Shown piece after piece: positions 1-9,235 of a stretch of DNA of 64,000 bases. This DNA is from Actinomycetota bacterium (GTDB taxonomy: Bacteria > Actinomycetota > JAHEXW01). The position numbers were made by a program, and so were the translations under genes. The notes under the pieces are model-generated. The model was not told where the DNA came from and did not search any database. It worked only from the letters and a program-made list of their open reading frames with translations. Numbering within the stretch: position 1 is the first letter of the stretch; every line of letters begins with the position of its first letter. The stretch covers positions 761,760 through 825,759 of the forward strand of contig JBAZZW010000001.1 of assembly GCA_041658625.1 (NCBI GenBank), given 5' to 3'.

Positions 1-13
1 CAAAGGGCTTTTT

Positions 14-247
14 TTGTTTACGCTTAGCACGTGCATTTGGTGCCGCAAGACTAAAGCGCTTCTGCAAGAACTGGGCGTGGCTTATAAATATGTCGACCTC
101 GATTTGTTGGATGGCGACGACCGAAAAGAAGCGACGGAAGAGCTACGCAGGTACAATCCTCATACCTCATTTCCGACTGTTCTTGTGGACGGAGGCTCCA
201 CCGTGATCCTGGGATTCAACGAAACCAAGCTAAGGGAGCTGGTCTAG
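14..247 (+). CDS. glutaredoxin-like / small thioredoxin-fold redox protein
   Basis: 77-aa ORF with a CIWC (CxxC) motif near the N-terminus and glutaredoxin-like length. The frame stays open back to base 2, so the true 5' end may lie outside the window. TTG at 14 is the first start. Confidence 0.65.
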   Translation: MFTLSTCIWCRKTKALLQELGVAYKYVDLDLLDGDDRKEATEELRRYNPHTSFPTVLVDGGSTVILGFNETKLRELV

Positions 248-793
248 GTGGACCTTGATCAGCTGTTCGCCAAACTTACCGCTTATCAAAGGCGAGGCTA
301 TTACCTAAATCCCGACGTTGAATTCACCAGAGCCCTACTGGAAAGCCTGCTGGTCAACGAGGAGCGATATGGCTACCAGGCTTGTCCGTGCCGCCTGGCC
401 GCGAACAACCGCGCCGAAGACCTGGACATCATTTGCCCGTGCGACTACCGGGACGCCGATACCACCGAATACGGCGCGTGCTTCTGCGGGCTGTATGTCT
501 CCAAAAAGATCTACACGGAAAAGGGCGCCATCCAGTCAATCCCTGAACGGCGCCCACCCAAGGACGTCAGGGACAAAATCAGGGCCGGACAACTAGCCAA
601 GGAGAAAAACATAATGACAGACAAAAATAAACCGGCAGACAGCCCAGCCGGCGCCTCCGGCGCCGAATGTTGCGATCTGGATTACCCTGTCTGGCGCTGC
701 GACGTCTGCGGCTACATCTGCGCCCGCGACGACGCGCCGGACATCTGCCCCATCTGTGGTGTCACTAAAGACCGCTTCCACATTTTTATGTAG
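248..793 (+). CDS. ferredoxin:thioredoxin reductase catalytic-subunit-like protein fused to a C-terminal rubredoxin-type domain
   Basis: Carries the CPC...CPC...CxC cysteine pattern of the FTR catalytic chain (CPCRLAANN, ICPCDYRD, GACFCGLY). The C-terminus has two CxxC knuckles (CDVCGY, CPICGV). GTG start lies directly after the upstream stop. Confidence 0.75.
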   Translation: MDLDQLFAKLTAYQRRGYYLNPDVEFTRALLESLLVNEERYGYQACPCRLAANNRAEDLDIICPCDYRDADTTEYGACFCGLYVSKKIYTEKGAIQSIPERRPPKDVRDKIRAGQLAKEKNIMTDKNKPADSPAGASGAECCDLDYPVWRCDVCGYICARDDAPDICPICGVTKDRFHIFM

Positions 794-798
794 GTTAT

Positions 799-930
799 GT
801 CACTCCAGCACACCAAATCGCTGGAGTGGTTATCCACAGACCTATCTTGCTATTAACATAGATTCTTTGCTGCTGTTTTTGTCGCTTGGGTCACTCCAGC
901 ACTCCAAAGCGCTGGAGTGGTTTTCCACAG
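799..930. repeat. two 41-nt direct repeats (799-839 and 890-930) separated by 50 nt, each with an internal 9-bp stem
   Basis: gtcactccagcacaccaaatcgctggagtggttatccacag versus gtcactccagcactccaaagcgctggagtggttttccacag, with 3 mismatches. Inner stem is cactccagc/gctggagtg. Confidence 0.85.
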
Positions 931-1020
931 CCTGTTTGGTTGTGAAAACAACCACTATGGTGTAAATTATTAGTGCTATCAGTAGTTTTCCCGTCAAACA
1001 GTAGGGGGTAAAAGTCGCCT

Positions 1021-2757
1021 ATGGCCAAGAAAGTAGGCATCACCGAGACGATATTCAGGGACGCCCACCAATCGCTGGCGGCCACGCGCATGCGGACCGC
1101 CGACATGCTTCCTATCTGCGAAAAAGTCGACGGAATTGGTTACTTCTCGGTTGACGCCTGGGGCGGCGCCACGTTTGACACGATGATCAGGTTCTTAAAC
1201 GAGGACCCGTGGGCCCGCTTGCGCGACCTAAAAGCCAAGCTGCCGAACACCCAAGTGCAGATGTTGCTGCGCGGCCAGAACCTGGTCGGTTACCATAATT
1301 ATCCCGATGACGTAGCCATAGAATTTATCCGTTTAACAGCCAAGAACGGATTGGACCTTTTCCGGGTTTTTGACGCGCTAAACGATATTCGGAACATCGA
1401 CCTGCCGCTGCGTGAGGCCAAGAAAACCGGCAAGCATGTCCAGGGCTGCATCTGCTACACGACCAGCCCGGTGCACACCATCGAGAAATTTGTCGAATTC
1501 GCCGAAGAGCTGGCCGAGCGTGAGTGCGACAGTATCTGCATCAAGGACATGGCCGGTTTGATATCGCCGCAGGCGTGCTATGACCTGGTCAAAGGCATCA
1601 AGGCGAAGCTTAATCTGCCGGTCTGTGTGCACTCGCACTGCACCAGCGGGATGGCGCCAATCGCCTATTGGGCGGGCATCGAAGCCGGCGCCGATATCAT
1701 CGATACAGCTATTTCTCCCTGGGGCTGGGGCAGCTCTCAACCTCCGACGGAACCGATGGTCGCGAGCCTGCAAGGCAGCCCGTACGACTCGGGACTCGAT
1801 CTAGACCAGCTGGTCGATGTCGGCTTTTACTTTCTTGGCGTCCGTCAGAAGTACGAGGGCATCATCAGCCCGATCGCCGAGCGGCCGGACGTCAGCGTGC
1901 TGCTGCATCAAATTCCCGGCGGCATGTTATCCAACCTGCATTCCCAGTTGAAAGAACAGAACGCGCTCGACCGCTACCAGGAAGTTTTGGAGGAGCTGCC
2001 GCGCGTCCGCAAAGAGCTTGGCTATCCGCCACTGGTCACACCGTCCAGCCAGGTCGTCGGGACGCAAGCGGTTTTCAACGTCCTAATGGGCAAGCGGTAT
2101 GGCAAGGTCAGCCAGGAGGTCAAGGACTACTGTCTGGGCCTCTATGGCCGCCCCCCGGCGCCAATAGATCCGGAAATATTAAAGAAAGTCATCGGCAAAG
2201 AACAGCCGATTTCCGTCCGTCCGGCCGATTTGCTGGCGCCGGCTTTGGGGAAACTCAAGCAAGAAGCCGACGAGATCGGCTTGACTGATACGGAAGAAGA
2301 CCTGATGACTTACGCGCTCTTCCCCAACGTCGCGCCCCGTTTCCTAAAGGGCGAGGTCAAGGAGGAACCGCTGGCTCCGCCGAAGAAAGCCGAGGTCAAG
2401 GCGGGCTCGGCCGTCAGGGAGATTCCGACCGAGTTCCAGGTGGACGTCGACGGCGAGGAGTTCCGCGTGACCGTCAATCCGCTGGGGCTGGGCGTGGTCA
2501 TGGACGCGCCGGTTAAAGAAGGCGCCCGCCCCAAGGAGATTCCGCCGGGCGGCATCGTCGCTCCGCTTCAAGGTCTTGTCCTGGAGGTTAAGGTCAACGA
2601 GGGCGATAAGGTCAAGAAGGACGACATCCTCGTCGTCCTGGAAGCCATGAAAATGCAGACCGAGGTTCACGCCGACAAGGTCGGCAAGGTCGGCAAGGTA
2701 TATACTTTCAAAGGCGAGACGGTCGTCAACGGCGACCTCCTCCTCGTGGTGGAATAA
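1021..2757 (+). CDS. pycB: pyruvate carboxylase subunit B / oxaloacetate decarboxylase alpha-type carboxyltransferase with C-terminal biotinyl domain
   Basis: 578 aa. N-terminus ITETIFRDAHQSL... is HMGL-like carboxyltransferase. C-terminus has the biotin attachment motif EAMKMQTE. It sits immediately upstream of a biotin carboxylase gene. Confidence 0.85.
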   Translation: MAKKVGITETIFRDAHQSLAATRMRTADMLPICEKVDGIGYFSVDAWGGATFDTMIRFLNEDPWARLRDLKAKLPNTQVQMLLRGQNLVGYHNYPDDVAIEFIRLTAKNGLDLFRVFDALNDIRNIDLPLREAKKTGKHVQGCICYTTSPVHTIEKFVEFAEELAERECDSICIKDMAGLISPQACYDLVKGIKAKLNLPVCVHSHCTSGMAPIAYWAGIEAGADIIDTAISPWGWGSSQPPTEPMVASLQGSPYDSGLDLDQLVDVGFYFLGVRQKYEGIISPIAERPDVSVLLHQIPGGMLSNLHSQLKEQNALDRYQEVLEELPRVRKELGYPPLVTPSSQVVGTQAVFNVLMGKRYGKVSQEVKDYCLGLYGRPPAPIDPEILKKVIGKEQPISVRPADLLAPALGKLKQEADEIGLTDTEEDLMTYALFPNVAPRFLKGEVKEEPLAPPKKAEVKAGSAVREIPTEFQVDVDGEEFRVTVNPLGLGVVMDAPVKEGARPKEIPPGGIVAPLQGLVLEVKVNEGDKVKKDDILVVLEAMKMQTEVHADKVGKVGKVYTFKGETVVNGDLLLVVE

Positions 2758-2758
2758 C

Positions 2759-4240
2759 ATGCTAAAGAAAGTACTCGTCGCCAACCGGGGCGAGATCGCG
2801 ATCCGCGTCATGCGCGCCTGCCGGGAACTCAATATCGAATCCGTTGCCGTTTACTCCGACGTCGACAAGAACGCTCTTTTCGCCAAATATGCTGATGAGG
2901 CTTACGAGATCGGCGAAGGCCCGCCTCATAAAAGCTACCTGAATATGGACAAGATTATAGCTGTGGCTAAAGCCACCGGCTGCGACGGTCTTCACCCCGG
3001 GTACGGGTTTCTGGCCGAGAATGCTAAGTTTGCTCAAGCTTGCGCCGACAATGGAATCGCTTTTATCGGCCCGTCGCCCGACGCGATTGAAAAAATGGGC
3101 GATAAGATCGTCGCCCGGCGTTTGATGAAACAGGCCGGCGTGCCGGTCGTACCGGGCAGCATCGACGAGGTCACCGAGATAAAAGAGGCCAAGAAGATTG
3201 CCGACAAGATCGGTTACCCGGTCATCATCAAAGCGGCTGGCGGCGGCGGCGGCATAGGCATGCGCGTCGTTCGGGGCGAAAAAGAACTGGAACCGGCGCT
3301 GGAGATCACCCGGAATATGGCCAACTCCGCTTTCGGCAACCCGAGTATCTTCATTGAAAAATACCTGGAGCACCCCAGGCACATCGAGATCCAGATTCTG
3401 GCCGACGCCCACGGCAACACGGTTTATCTGGGCGAGCGCGAGTGCAGTATCCAGCGGCGCCACCAGAAGATCATCGAGGAATCGCCGTCTCCGGTAATGA
3501 CGCCGGAGCTTCGCAAAGCCATGGGCGAGGTCGCGGTTAAGGCGGCCCAGGCCATCAACTATGTCAATGCAGGCACCATTGAATTTATGTTCAGCCAGGG
3601 CAATTACTACTTTCTGGAAATGAACACCCGCGTCCAGGTCGAGCATCCGATTACCGAGATGGTCACCGATATAGACATTGTCAAAGAACAGATCAGAATC
3701 GCCGGCGGTTTGCCGCTGGACTTTACCCAGGACTACGTCAAAATGAACGGCTGGGCGATCGAGTGCCGCATCAACGCCGAGGACCCGCTGAATAATTTCG
3801 CGCCTATGTCCGGCAAGATCCGCGGTTACCGCTCGCCGGGCGGTGTGGGCGTCCGCGTCGACTCCGGCGTCCATTCCCAATACGTGATTCCGCCTTTCTA
3901 CGACAGTATGATTTCCAAGCTGGTCGTACACGGGCGCGACCGGGACGAAGCCATCCAGCGGATGAAACGTGCTCTATACGAATACATCATCCTTGGCGTC
4001 ACGACCAACATCCCGTTCCACAAAGCGGTTATGGATGACCCCGTCTTCATCAAGGGCGAGTTGTCCACCCATTATATTGAGGAGCAGGAGCACCTGGCCG
4101 AAGCGATGCGACACGTTATCGAGGACACGCAGTCTCTCCAGGAGAAACTGACCGAGATTTTCAAAGACGACCGCAAGTCGGCGGCGGTTACCGCCGCGGT
4201 CAGCGCCTATCTGGCGAACCTGACGGCGGTCGACGAATAA
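2759..4240 (+). CDS. pycA: biotin carboxylase (pyruvate carboxylase subunit A / AccC-type)
   Basis: N-terminus KVLVANRGEIAIRVMRA, ATP-grasp glycine loop KAAGGGGGIGMRVV, and MNTRVQVEHPITE. Start is 1 nt after the pycB stop. Confidence 0.9.
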   Translation: MLKKVLVANRGEIAIRVMRACRELNIESVAVYSDVDKNALFAKYADEAYEIGEGPPHKSYLNMDKIIAVAKATGCDGLHPGYGFLAENAKFAQACADNGIAFIGPSPDAIEKMGDKIVARRLMKQAGVPVVPGSIDEVTEIKEAKKIADKIGYPVIIKAAGGGGGIGMRVVRGEKELEPALEITRNMANSAFGNPSIFIEKYLEHPRHIEIQILADAHGNTVYLGERECSIQRRHQKIIEESPSPVMTPELRKAMGEVAVKAAQAINYVNAGTIEFMFSQGNYYFLEMNTRVQVEHPITEMVTDIDIVKEQIRIAGGLPLDFTQDYVKMNGWAIECRINAEDPLNNFAPMSGKIRGYRSPGGVGVRVDSGVHSQYVIPPFYDSMISKLVVHGRDRDEAIQRMKRALYEYIILGVTTNIPFHKAVMDDPVFIKGELSTHYIEEQEHLAEAMRHVIEDTQSLQEKLTEIFKDDRKSAAVTAAVSAYLANLTAVDE

Positions 4241-4244
4241 AAAT

Positions 4245-5597
4245 ATGAAAAAAATCTACGACGTTGTCATCATAGGAGCCGGCCCAGCCGGCGTCTTCGC
4301 CGCGGTCGAACTGACCAAGGACCTACCCAAAGCCAAATCACCCTCCATCCTTCTGGTCGAGCAGGGCCAGGACATAAGTTGCCGCAAACGCGACTCGCTA
4401 ATGGCGGGATGGGGCGGTTCGGGCGCCTATTCCGACGGCAAACTGATTCTATCGACCGAGGTCGGAGGCTGGCTATCCGAGTATATGCCGCATAAAGAGC
4501 TGACCGCCTTGATCGATTACGTGGACGGGCTTTATACGGAATTCGGGGGGGCGGCCGAGCGATACGGCGACAAACCGGCCAAGACCGCGCCGATCAAACG
4601 CGCCGCGACGATGGCGGAGCTCACGTTGTTGCCGGTCGTGGTCCGGCATCTTGGCACCGACATCTGCCTGACGGTTCTTAAAAACCTAAGGAAGTATCTG
4701 GATAAGAAAATCGACGTGATAACCGACATCGCGGTCGAGGAAATCTTACTGAAAGACCATCAGGCAACCGGCGTAAGACTGGCGGACGGCCGGGAGATTC
4801 ACGCCGGCACCGTCATCGCCGCTCCAGGGAGGGCGGGCGCCAAATGGTTGGCCGCCGAGGCCGCGCGGCTGGGCCTAACGGTAGGCATCAATCCCGTCGA
4901 CCTGGGCGTCCGGGTGGAGGTCCCCGCGCCGGTCATGGAGCCTTTAACAAACGACCTCTACGAAGCCAAACTTCTGTACCGCAGCAAGCAGTTCGAGGAC
5001 ATGGTCAGGACGTTCTGCGTAAATCCTTACGGTGAGGTTACAACCGAGCGTTACCAGGGCAACATCATCACCGTCAACGGACACAGCTATGCCGACCGCA
5101 GGACGGCCAACACAAATTTCGCCCTGCTGGTCAGCACAACGTTCACGACGCCGTTCAAGGAACCGATCGCCTATGGCGAGTATATCGCGCGTCTGGCGAA
5201 CCTTCTGGGCGAGGGGATTATCGTGCAGAGGCTGGGCGACCTGATGCGCGGCCGGCGTTCGACCGCCGATCGGATAGCCCGCAGTACGGTCCGTCCGACG
5301 CTGCCATCGGCCACGCCGGGCGACCTCAGTTTCGTCCTTCCGTACCGTTACATTTCTGATATACTGGAAATGCTCGCTGCTATGGACAAAATCGCGCCCG
5401 GGGTCAATTCCCGCAATACCCTTTTGTACGGCGTTGAAGTTAAGTTTTATTCGCAGCGTCTGAAGCTGGACGGCGGCATGCGGACCGAGGTCAAGAACCT
5501 CTACGCCATCGGCGACGGGGCGGGTATTACCAGGGGCTTGATTCAGGCCTCCGCGGCCGGAGTCATAGCCGCGCGAGCTATCACCGGGAACACATAA
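4245..5597 (+). CDS. FAD-dependent oxidoreductase (NAD(FAD)-utilizing dehydrogenase, COG2509-like)
   Basis: N-terminal dinucleotide-binding motif VVIIGAGPAGVFAA and C-terminal LYAIGDGAGITRG motif. 450 aa. Confidence 0.7.
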   Translation: MKKIYDVVIIGAGPAGVFAAVELTKDLPKAKSPSILLVEQGQDISCRKRDSLMAGWGGSGAYSDGKLILSTEVGGWLSEYMPHKELTALIDYVDGLYTEFGGAAERYGDKPAKTAPIKRAATMAELTLLPVVVRHLGTDICLTVLKNLRKYLDKKIDVITDIAVEEILLKDHQATGVRLADGREIHAGTVIAAPGRAGAKWLAAEAARLGLTVGINPVDLGVRVEVPAPVMEPLTNDLYEAKLLYRSKQFEDMVRTFCVNPYGEVTTERYQGNIITVNGHSYADRRTANTNFALLVSTTFTTPFKEPIAYGEYIARLANLLGEGIIVQRLGDLMRGRRSTADRIARSTVRPTLPSATPGDLSFVLPYRYISDILEMLAAMDKIAPGVNSRNTLLYGVEVKFYSQRLKLDGGMRTEVKNLYAIGDGAGITRGLIQASAAGVIAARAITGNT

Positions 5598-5606
5598 GGA
5601 GACGAT

Positions 5607-6878
5607 TTGCCGGGAACTATTCTTCTCGGATCGCAATGGGGCGACGAAGGTAAAGGTAAGATTTGCGACCTTCTCACCAAAGATATGGACATGGTCGTCC
5701 GCTTCCAAGGCGGCGATAATGCCGGCCATACTGTCGAGGTCGGGGACATTAAGCTTAAACTCCACCACATACCGTCGGGGATTCTGTACCCCAAGGTAAT
5801 TTGCGTAATCGGCGACGGCGCTTTGATCAACCCGAGCGTGCTTTTAGACGAGATGAAATACCTGGAAGACCAGGGCATAAGCTGCAAGAATCTTTTCATC
5901 AGTTCCAACGCGCACCTGATTATGCCCTACCATCTGGTTCTCGACCGGGAAGGCGAGATCCGTTTGGGTTCCTCGAAAATAGGCACGACGCGTAAGGGTA
6001 TCGGCCCGGCCTACGCCGACAAGACGACGCGAATCGGCATCCGGGTTCAAGATCTCTTAGACCCCAGCATTCTGGAGAAGAAGATCCAGGCGGCGCTGGA
6101 AGAGAAGAACCTCATGCTGACCAAGGTTTATAACGTCCAGCCGATGAGCGCCGACGAAATCATAAAAGAGTACGCCGGCTATACCAAACAGCTGAAATCT
6201 CATATCATCGACGGCTATCTGGCGATCAACGACGCCTTAGACGACTGCAAGAATGTGCTTTTTGAAGGGGCGCAGGGCACGCTGCTGGATATCGATCACG
6301 GCACTTACCCTTATGTCACCTCATCATCGACGGTCGCGGGCGGCGCGTGCGCCGGCGCGGGCGTCGGTCCGCTAAAGATAGACGACGTCATCGGCGTCGT
6401 TAAGGCTTATGTGACCAGAGTCGGGTCGGGTCCTTTCCCGACCGAAGATGTAAACGAGGACGGCAGCAGGATGCGCGAGCGCGGCGCCGAATACGGCACA
6501 ACAACCGGCCGGCCCCGCCGTTGCGGCTGGTTCGACGGCGTCCTCCTGAATTACTCCATTCGTTTAAACGGCTTTAACAGTCTGGCGATGACAAAGCTGG
6601 ACGTCTTGTCGGAATTCGAAAGCATAAAAATCTGCACCCGCTATGAAGCTGAAGGCAAAACATACACAGCGTTTCCGCCGCATCAGAGTATTATCCACAA
6701 GGCTGTCCCGGTCTATGAGGAAATGCCAGGCTGGAAAACGGATATCGGCGGCGCTAGGTCGATTGAGGAGTTGCCGGACACCTGCCGGGCCTATATCAGC
6801 CGGTTGCAGGAAATCGCCGGTATTCCTTTCTCGATGATTTCCGTCGGCCCGCAACGGGACCAGACGATTTTCGTATAA
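5607..6878 (+). CDS. purA: adenylosuccinate synthetase
   Basis: GSQWGDEGKGK P-loop, GGDNAGHTV and TTRKGIGPAY motifs. 423 aa. Confidence 0.95.
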   Translation: MPGTILLGSQWGDEGKGKICDLLTKDMDMVVRFQGGDNAGHTVEVGDIKLKLHHIPSGILYPKVICVIGDGALINPSVLLDEMKYLEDQGISCKNLFISSNAHLIMPYHLVLDREGEIRLGSSKIGTTRKGIGPAYADKTTRIGIRVQDLLDPSILEKKIQAALEEKNLMLTKVYNVQPMSADEIIKEYAGYTKQLKSHIIDGYLAINDALDDCKNVLFEGAQGTLLDIDHGTYPYVTSSSTVAGGACAGAGVGPLKIDDVIGVVKAYVTRVGSGPFPTEDVNEDGSRMRERGAEYGTTTGRPRRCGWFDGVLLNYSIRLNGFNSLAMTKLDVLSEFESIKICTRYEAEGKTYTAFPPHQSIIHKAVPVYEEMPGWKTDIGGARSIEELPDTCRAYISRLQEIAGIPFSMISVGPQRDQTIFV

Positions 6879-6897
6879 CCTGATTTGGGGTTGATAT

Positions 6898-6966
6898 GGG
6901 GTCAGGCCTGGGGTCAGGCCCCAAAACCAGAGTGTCGGAAAGGGGCCTGACCCCAGGCCTGACCCC
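6898..6966. repeat. perfect 25-bp inverted repeat with a 19-nt loop, built from GGGGTCAGGCC units
   Basis: Left arm ggggtcaggcctggggtcaggcccc (6898-6922). Right arm ggggcctgaccccaggcctgacccc (6942-6966) is its exact reverse complement. Located in the purA-purD intergenic region. Confidence 0.9.
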
Positions 6967-6992
6967 GTGATCAGAAGGGTGGTCGGATTGCT

Positions 6993-8261
6993 ATGCGAGT
7001 AATGGTAGTCGGCGGCGGCGGCCGGGAACACGCGCTTGTCTGGAAAATCAGCCGTAACTCAAGCATCAGTAAGATTTACGCCGTACCCGGTAACGCCGGC
7101 GTTTGCGGCATGGCCCATTGTCCATCTATTGATATAACCGACAACGCGGCGCTGGCCAGGTTCGCCGAGGATGAACAGGTCGATTTGACCGTTGTCGGCC
7201 CGGAAGCGCCTCTGACAAACGGAATCGTCGACGAGTTCGTCGCCCACGGCTTACGGGTGTTCGGCCCGAACAAAGAAGCCGCGCAGATGGAAGGCAGTAA
7301 GAAATTCGCCAAGTCCATCATGAAGAAAGCCGGCATTGTCACGGCGGCGTCGGATACGTTTACCGATTGCAATAAAGCGCTCGCCTATCTGGAAGAGGTG
7401 GGGGCGCCCATCGTCGTTAAAGCCGACGGCCTGGCGGCCGGCAAGGGCGTAACTGTCTGCGAGAACATTAAAACCGCGCAGGCGGCCGTGAAGGAATGCC
7501 TAATCGATAAGCGCTTCGGTGACGCCGGAGAGACGGTCATGATCGAGGAGTACCTACAAGGCCCCGAACTGACCGTGATGGCGTTGACCGATGGCGAAAC
7601 GGTGTTGCCGATGCTGCCGGCGCAAGACCACAAACCGGCCTTCGACGGAGACGCCGGCCCGAATACCGGGGGCATGGGCGCCTATTCGCCGGTGCCGAAG
7701 GTGTCCCAGAAGACGCTCGACTGGATTGAAGACAACGTTTTGAAAAAGACCGTCGCGGCGCTCCGAGGCGAAGGGGTGGATTACAAAGGCGTTCTCTACG
7801 CCGGGTTGATCCTGACCGACGACGGTCCGAAAGTCCTGGAGTTCAACGCCCGATTCGGCGATCCGGAAGCCCAAGTAGTTTTGCCTTTGCTTGAGTCCGA
7901 TCTGGTCGAGATAATGCTGGCTTTAACCGAGGGCAACCTGAAGGAATACAAACTTAACTGGTCGAAAAAGATATGCGTTTCAGTTGTCATGGCCAGCGGC
8001 GGTTATCCCGGCGATTATCCGACCGGCAAGGAGATAACCGGACTCACTAACCTGGGCGACATCGGAGGTTTGTTGGTCTTTCACGCCGGCACCAAACTAG
8101 TCGACGGCAAGACGGTGACCGCAGGCGGCCGCGTCTTGAACATAACCGGAATGGGGAAAGACGTCCACGAGGCGCGGGACAAGGCCTACGCCGCCATCGA
8201 ACGCATCAAATTCGACGGCGCTTTTTACAGAACCGATATTGCTCTAAAAGCTATTCAATAA
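6993..8261 (+). CDS. purD: phosphoribosylamine--glycine ligase
   Basis: MRVMVVGGGGREHAL N-terminus and ATP-grasp core (VVKADGLAAGKGV, EFNARFGDPE). 422 aa. Confidence 0.95.
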   Translation: MRVMVVGGGGREHALVWKISRNSSISKIYAVPGNAGVCGMAHCPSIDITDNAALARFAEDEQVDLTVVGPEAPLTNGIVDEFVAHGLRVFGPNKEAAQMEGSKKFAKSIMKKAGIVTAASDTFTDCNKALAYLEEVGAPIVVKADGLAAGKGVTVCENIKTAQAAVKECLIDKRFGDAGETVMIEEYLQGPELTVMALTDGETVLPMLPAQDHKPAFDGDAGPNTGGMGAYSPVPKVSQKTLDWIEDNVLKKTVAALRGEGVDYKGVLYAGLILTDDGPKVLEFNARFGDPEAQVVLPLLESDLVEIMLALTEGNLKEYKLNWSKKICVSVVMASGGYPGDYPTGKEITGLTNLGDIGGLLVFHAGTKLVDGKTVTAGGRVLNITGMGKDVHEARDKAYAAIERIKFDGAFYRTDIALKAIQ

Positions 8262-8289
8262 TGACTCCCCAATAGGGGAGCTTTCTAGA

Positions 8290-8749
8290 GACTTCCTCAC
8301 CGTGACCGGTTCGGGAGTCAGACAAAAGACTCCCTCTCCCTTAAGGGGAAAGGGTTGGGGTGAGGGTGCAAATTCCTTGACAACTAAACAACACAAGACC
8401 AGTCAAGCCAAACGTCTGCGAGACAATCAGACCGACGCGGAAATAAAAGTCTGGACGCATCTTCGTGACAAACGGCTCGATGACATGAAGTTTCGCCGGC
8501 AACAGCCTATCGGGCCATATATAGTAGACTTTGCGTGTTTAGACAAAAAGCTTATTGTTGAGATAGACGGCGGGCAACACAATCAAGAAACGGTTGACAC
8601 GGAACGAGATAAATGGCTAACCGAACAGGGCTATTTAATATTGAGGTTCTGGAACAACGATGTATTCCAGAACACCAACGGGGTATTAGAGACGATAAGG
8701 GAGGCAGACGCCACCCTCCCCTAAGTCCCCTCCCCTCAAGGGAGGGGGA
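8290..8749 (+). repeat. 460-bp repeat unit carrying a DUF559 gene (copy 1)
   Basis: Aligns end to end with 10566-11025 at roughly 90% identity by eye. Both begin gact(t/c)cc..ccgtgaccggttcgggagtcaga and end ccaccctcccctaagtcccctcccctcaagggaggggga. Confidence 0.85.
8302..8724 (+). CDS. DUF559 (Vsr-like endonuclease fold) domain protein
   Basis: AKRLRDNQTDAEIKVWTHLRDKRL..KFRRQQPIGPYIVDFAC...IVEIDGGQH...LRFWNNDV is the classic DUF559 pattern. The N-terminus is uncertain because it overlaps a hairpin/GGTGAGGG repeat and has no ATG. Confidence 0.75.
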   Translation: MTGSGVRQKTPSPLRGKGWGEGANSLTTKQHKTSQAKRLRDNQTDAEIKVWTHLRDKRLDDMKFRRQQPIGPYIVDFACLDKKLIVEIDGGQHNQETVDTERDKWLTEQGYLILRFWNNDVFQNTNGVLETIREADATLP

Positions 8750-8770
8750 TTGAAAGTTTTGGAGGTCAAG

Positions 8771-9232
8771 TTGTCAGAGACACTAGTTGGCATTGTGATG
8801 GGCAGCAAGTCGGATATGCCCGTTATGGAGACGGCGAAAGAGGTCCTTGACGAGTTGGGAGTCGCCAGCGAAGTTAAGGTCATGTCCGCCCACCGTCAGC
8901 CGGAAATGGTTCGTGAATACGCTTCGGCGGCTGAGAAGCGCGGACTTCTGGCTATTATTTGCGGCGCCGGTATGGCGGCGCACCTGGCCGGAGCCGTCGC
9001 CGCGGGCACAACCTTACCGGTCATCGGCGTCCCCATCAAAACGGGCGCCCTGGACGGTATGGACGCCCTGTTATCAACAGTCATGATGCCGACCGGCGTC
9101 CCGGTGGCGACCGTCGCCATCGACGGCGCCAAGAACGCGGCTTACCTGGCGGCGGAAATCGTCGCCAATAACCGTCCGGAGATCCGGGAGAATCTGAAAG
9201 CGATGCGAGAGAAACAAGCGGGAGGCGTATAG
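8771..9232 (+). CDS. purE: 5-(carboxyamino)imidazole ribonucleotide mutase
   Basis: [14 protein letters not shown] and [10 protein letters not shown] motifs. TTG at 8771 is preceded by GGAGG at 8761-8765. The ORF track's alternative start is 8750. Confidence 0.9.
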   Translation: MSETLVGIVMGSKSDMPVMETAKEVLDELGVASEVKVMSAHRQPEMVREYASAAEKRGLLAIICGAGMAAHLAGAVAAGTTLPVIGVPIKTGALDGMDALLSTVMMPTGVPVATVAIDGAKNAAYLAAEIVANNRPEIRENLKAMREKQAGGV

Positions 9233-9235
9233 GCT

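Noticed and set aside
799-930. Possible CRISPR array.
   Set aside because: There are only two repeats and one spacer, the repeats carry 3 mismatches, and there are no cas genes or leader in the window. It is reported as a repeat or curiosity, not as a CRISPR.
2762-3931. 389-aa ORF antisense to the biotin carboxylase gene. Similar long antisense or alternate-frame ORFs occur at 1378-1773, 1668-2288, 4944-5768, 12410-12862, 13406-14015, 14342-14893, 25748-26341 and 49214-50023.
   Set aside because: Each lies inside a gene whose other-strand or other-frame product carries unmistakable conserved motifs. The translations are Arg/Ala/Gly-rich and low in complexity, as expected from stop-poor alternative frames in GC-rich DNA.
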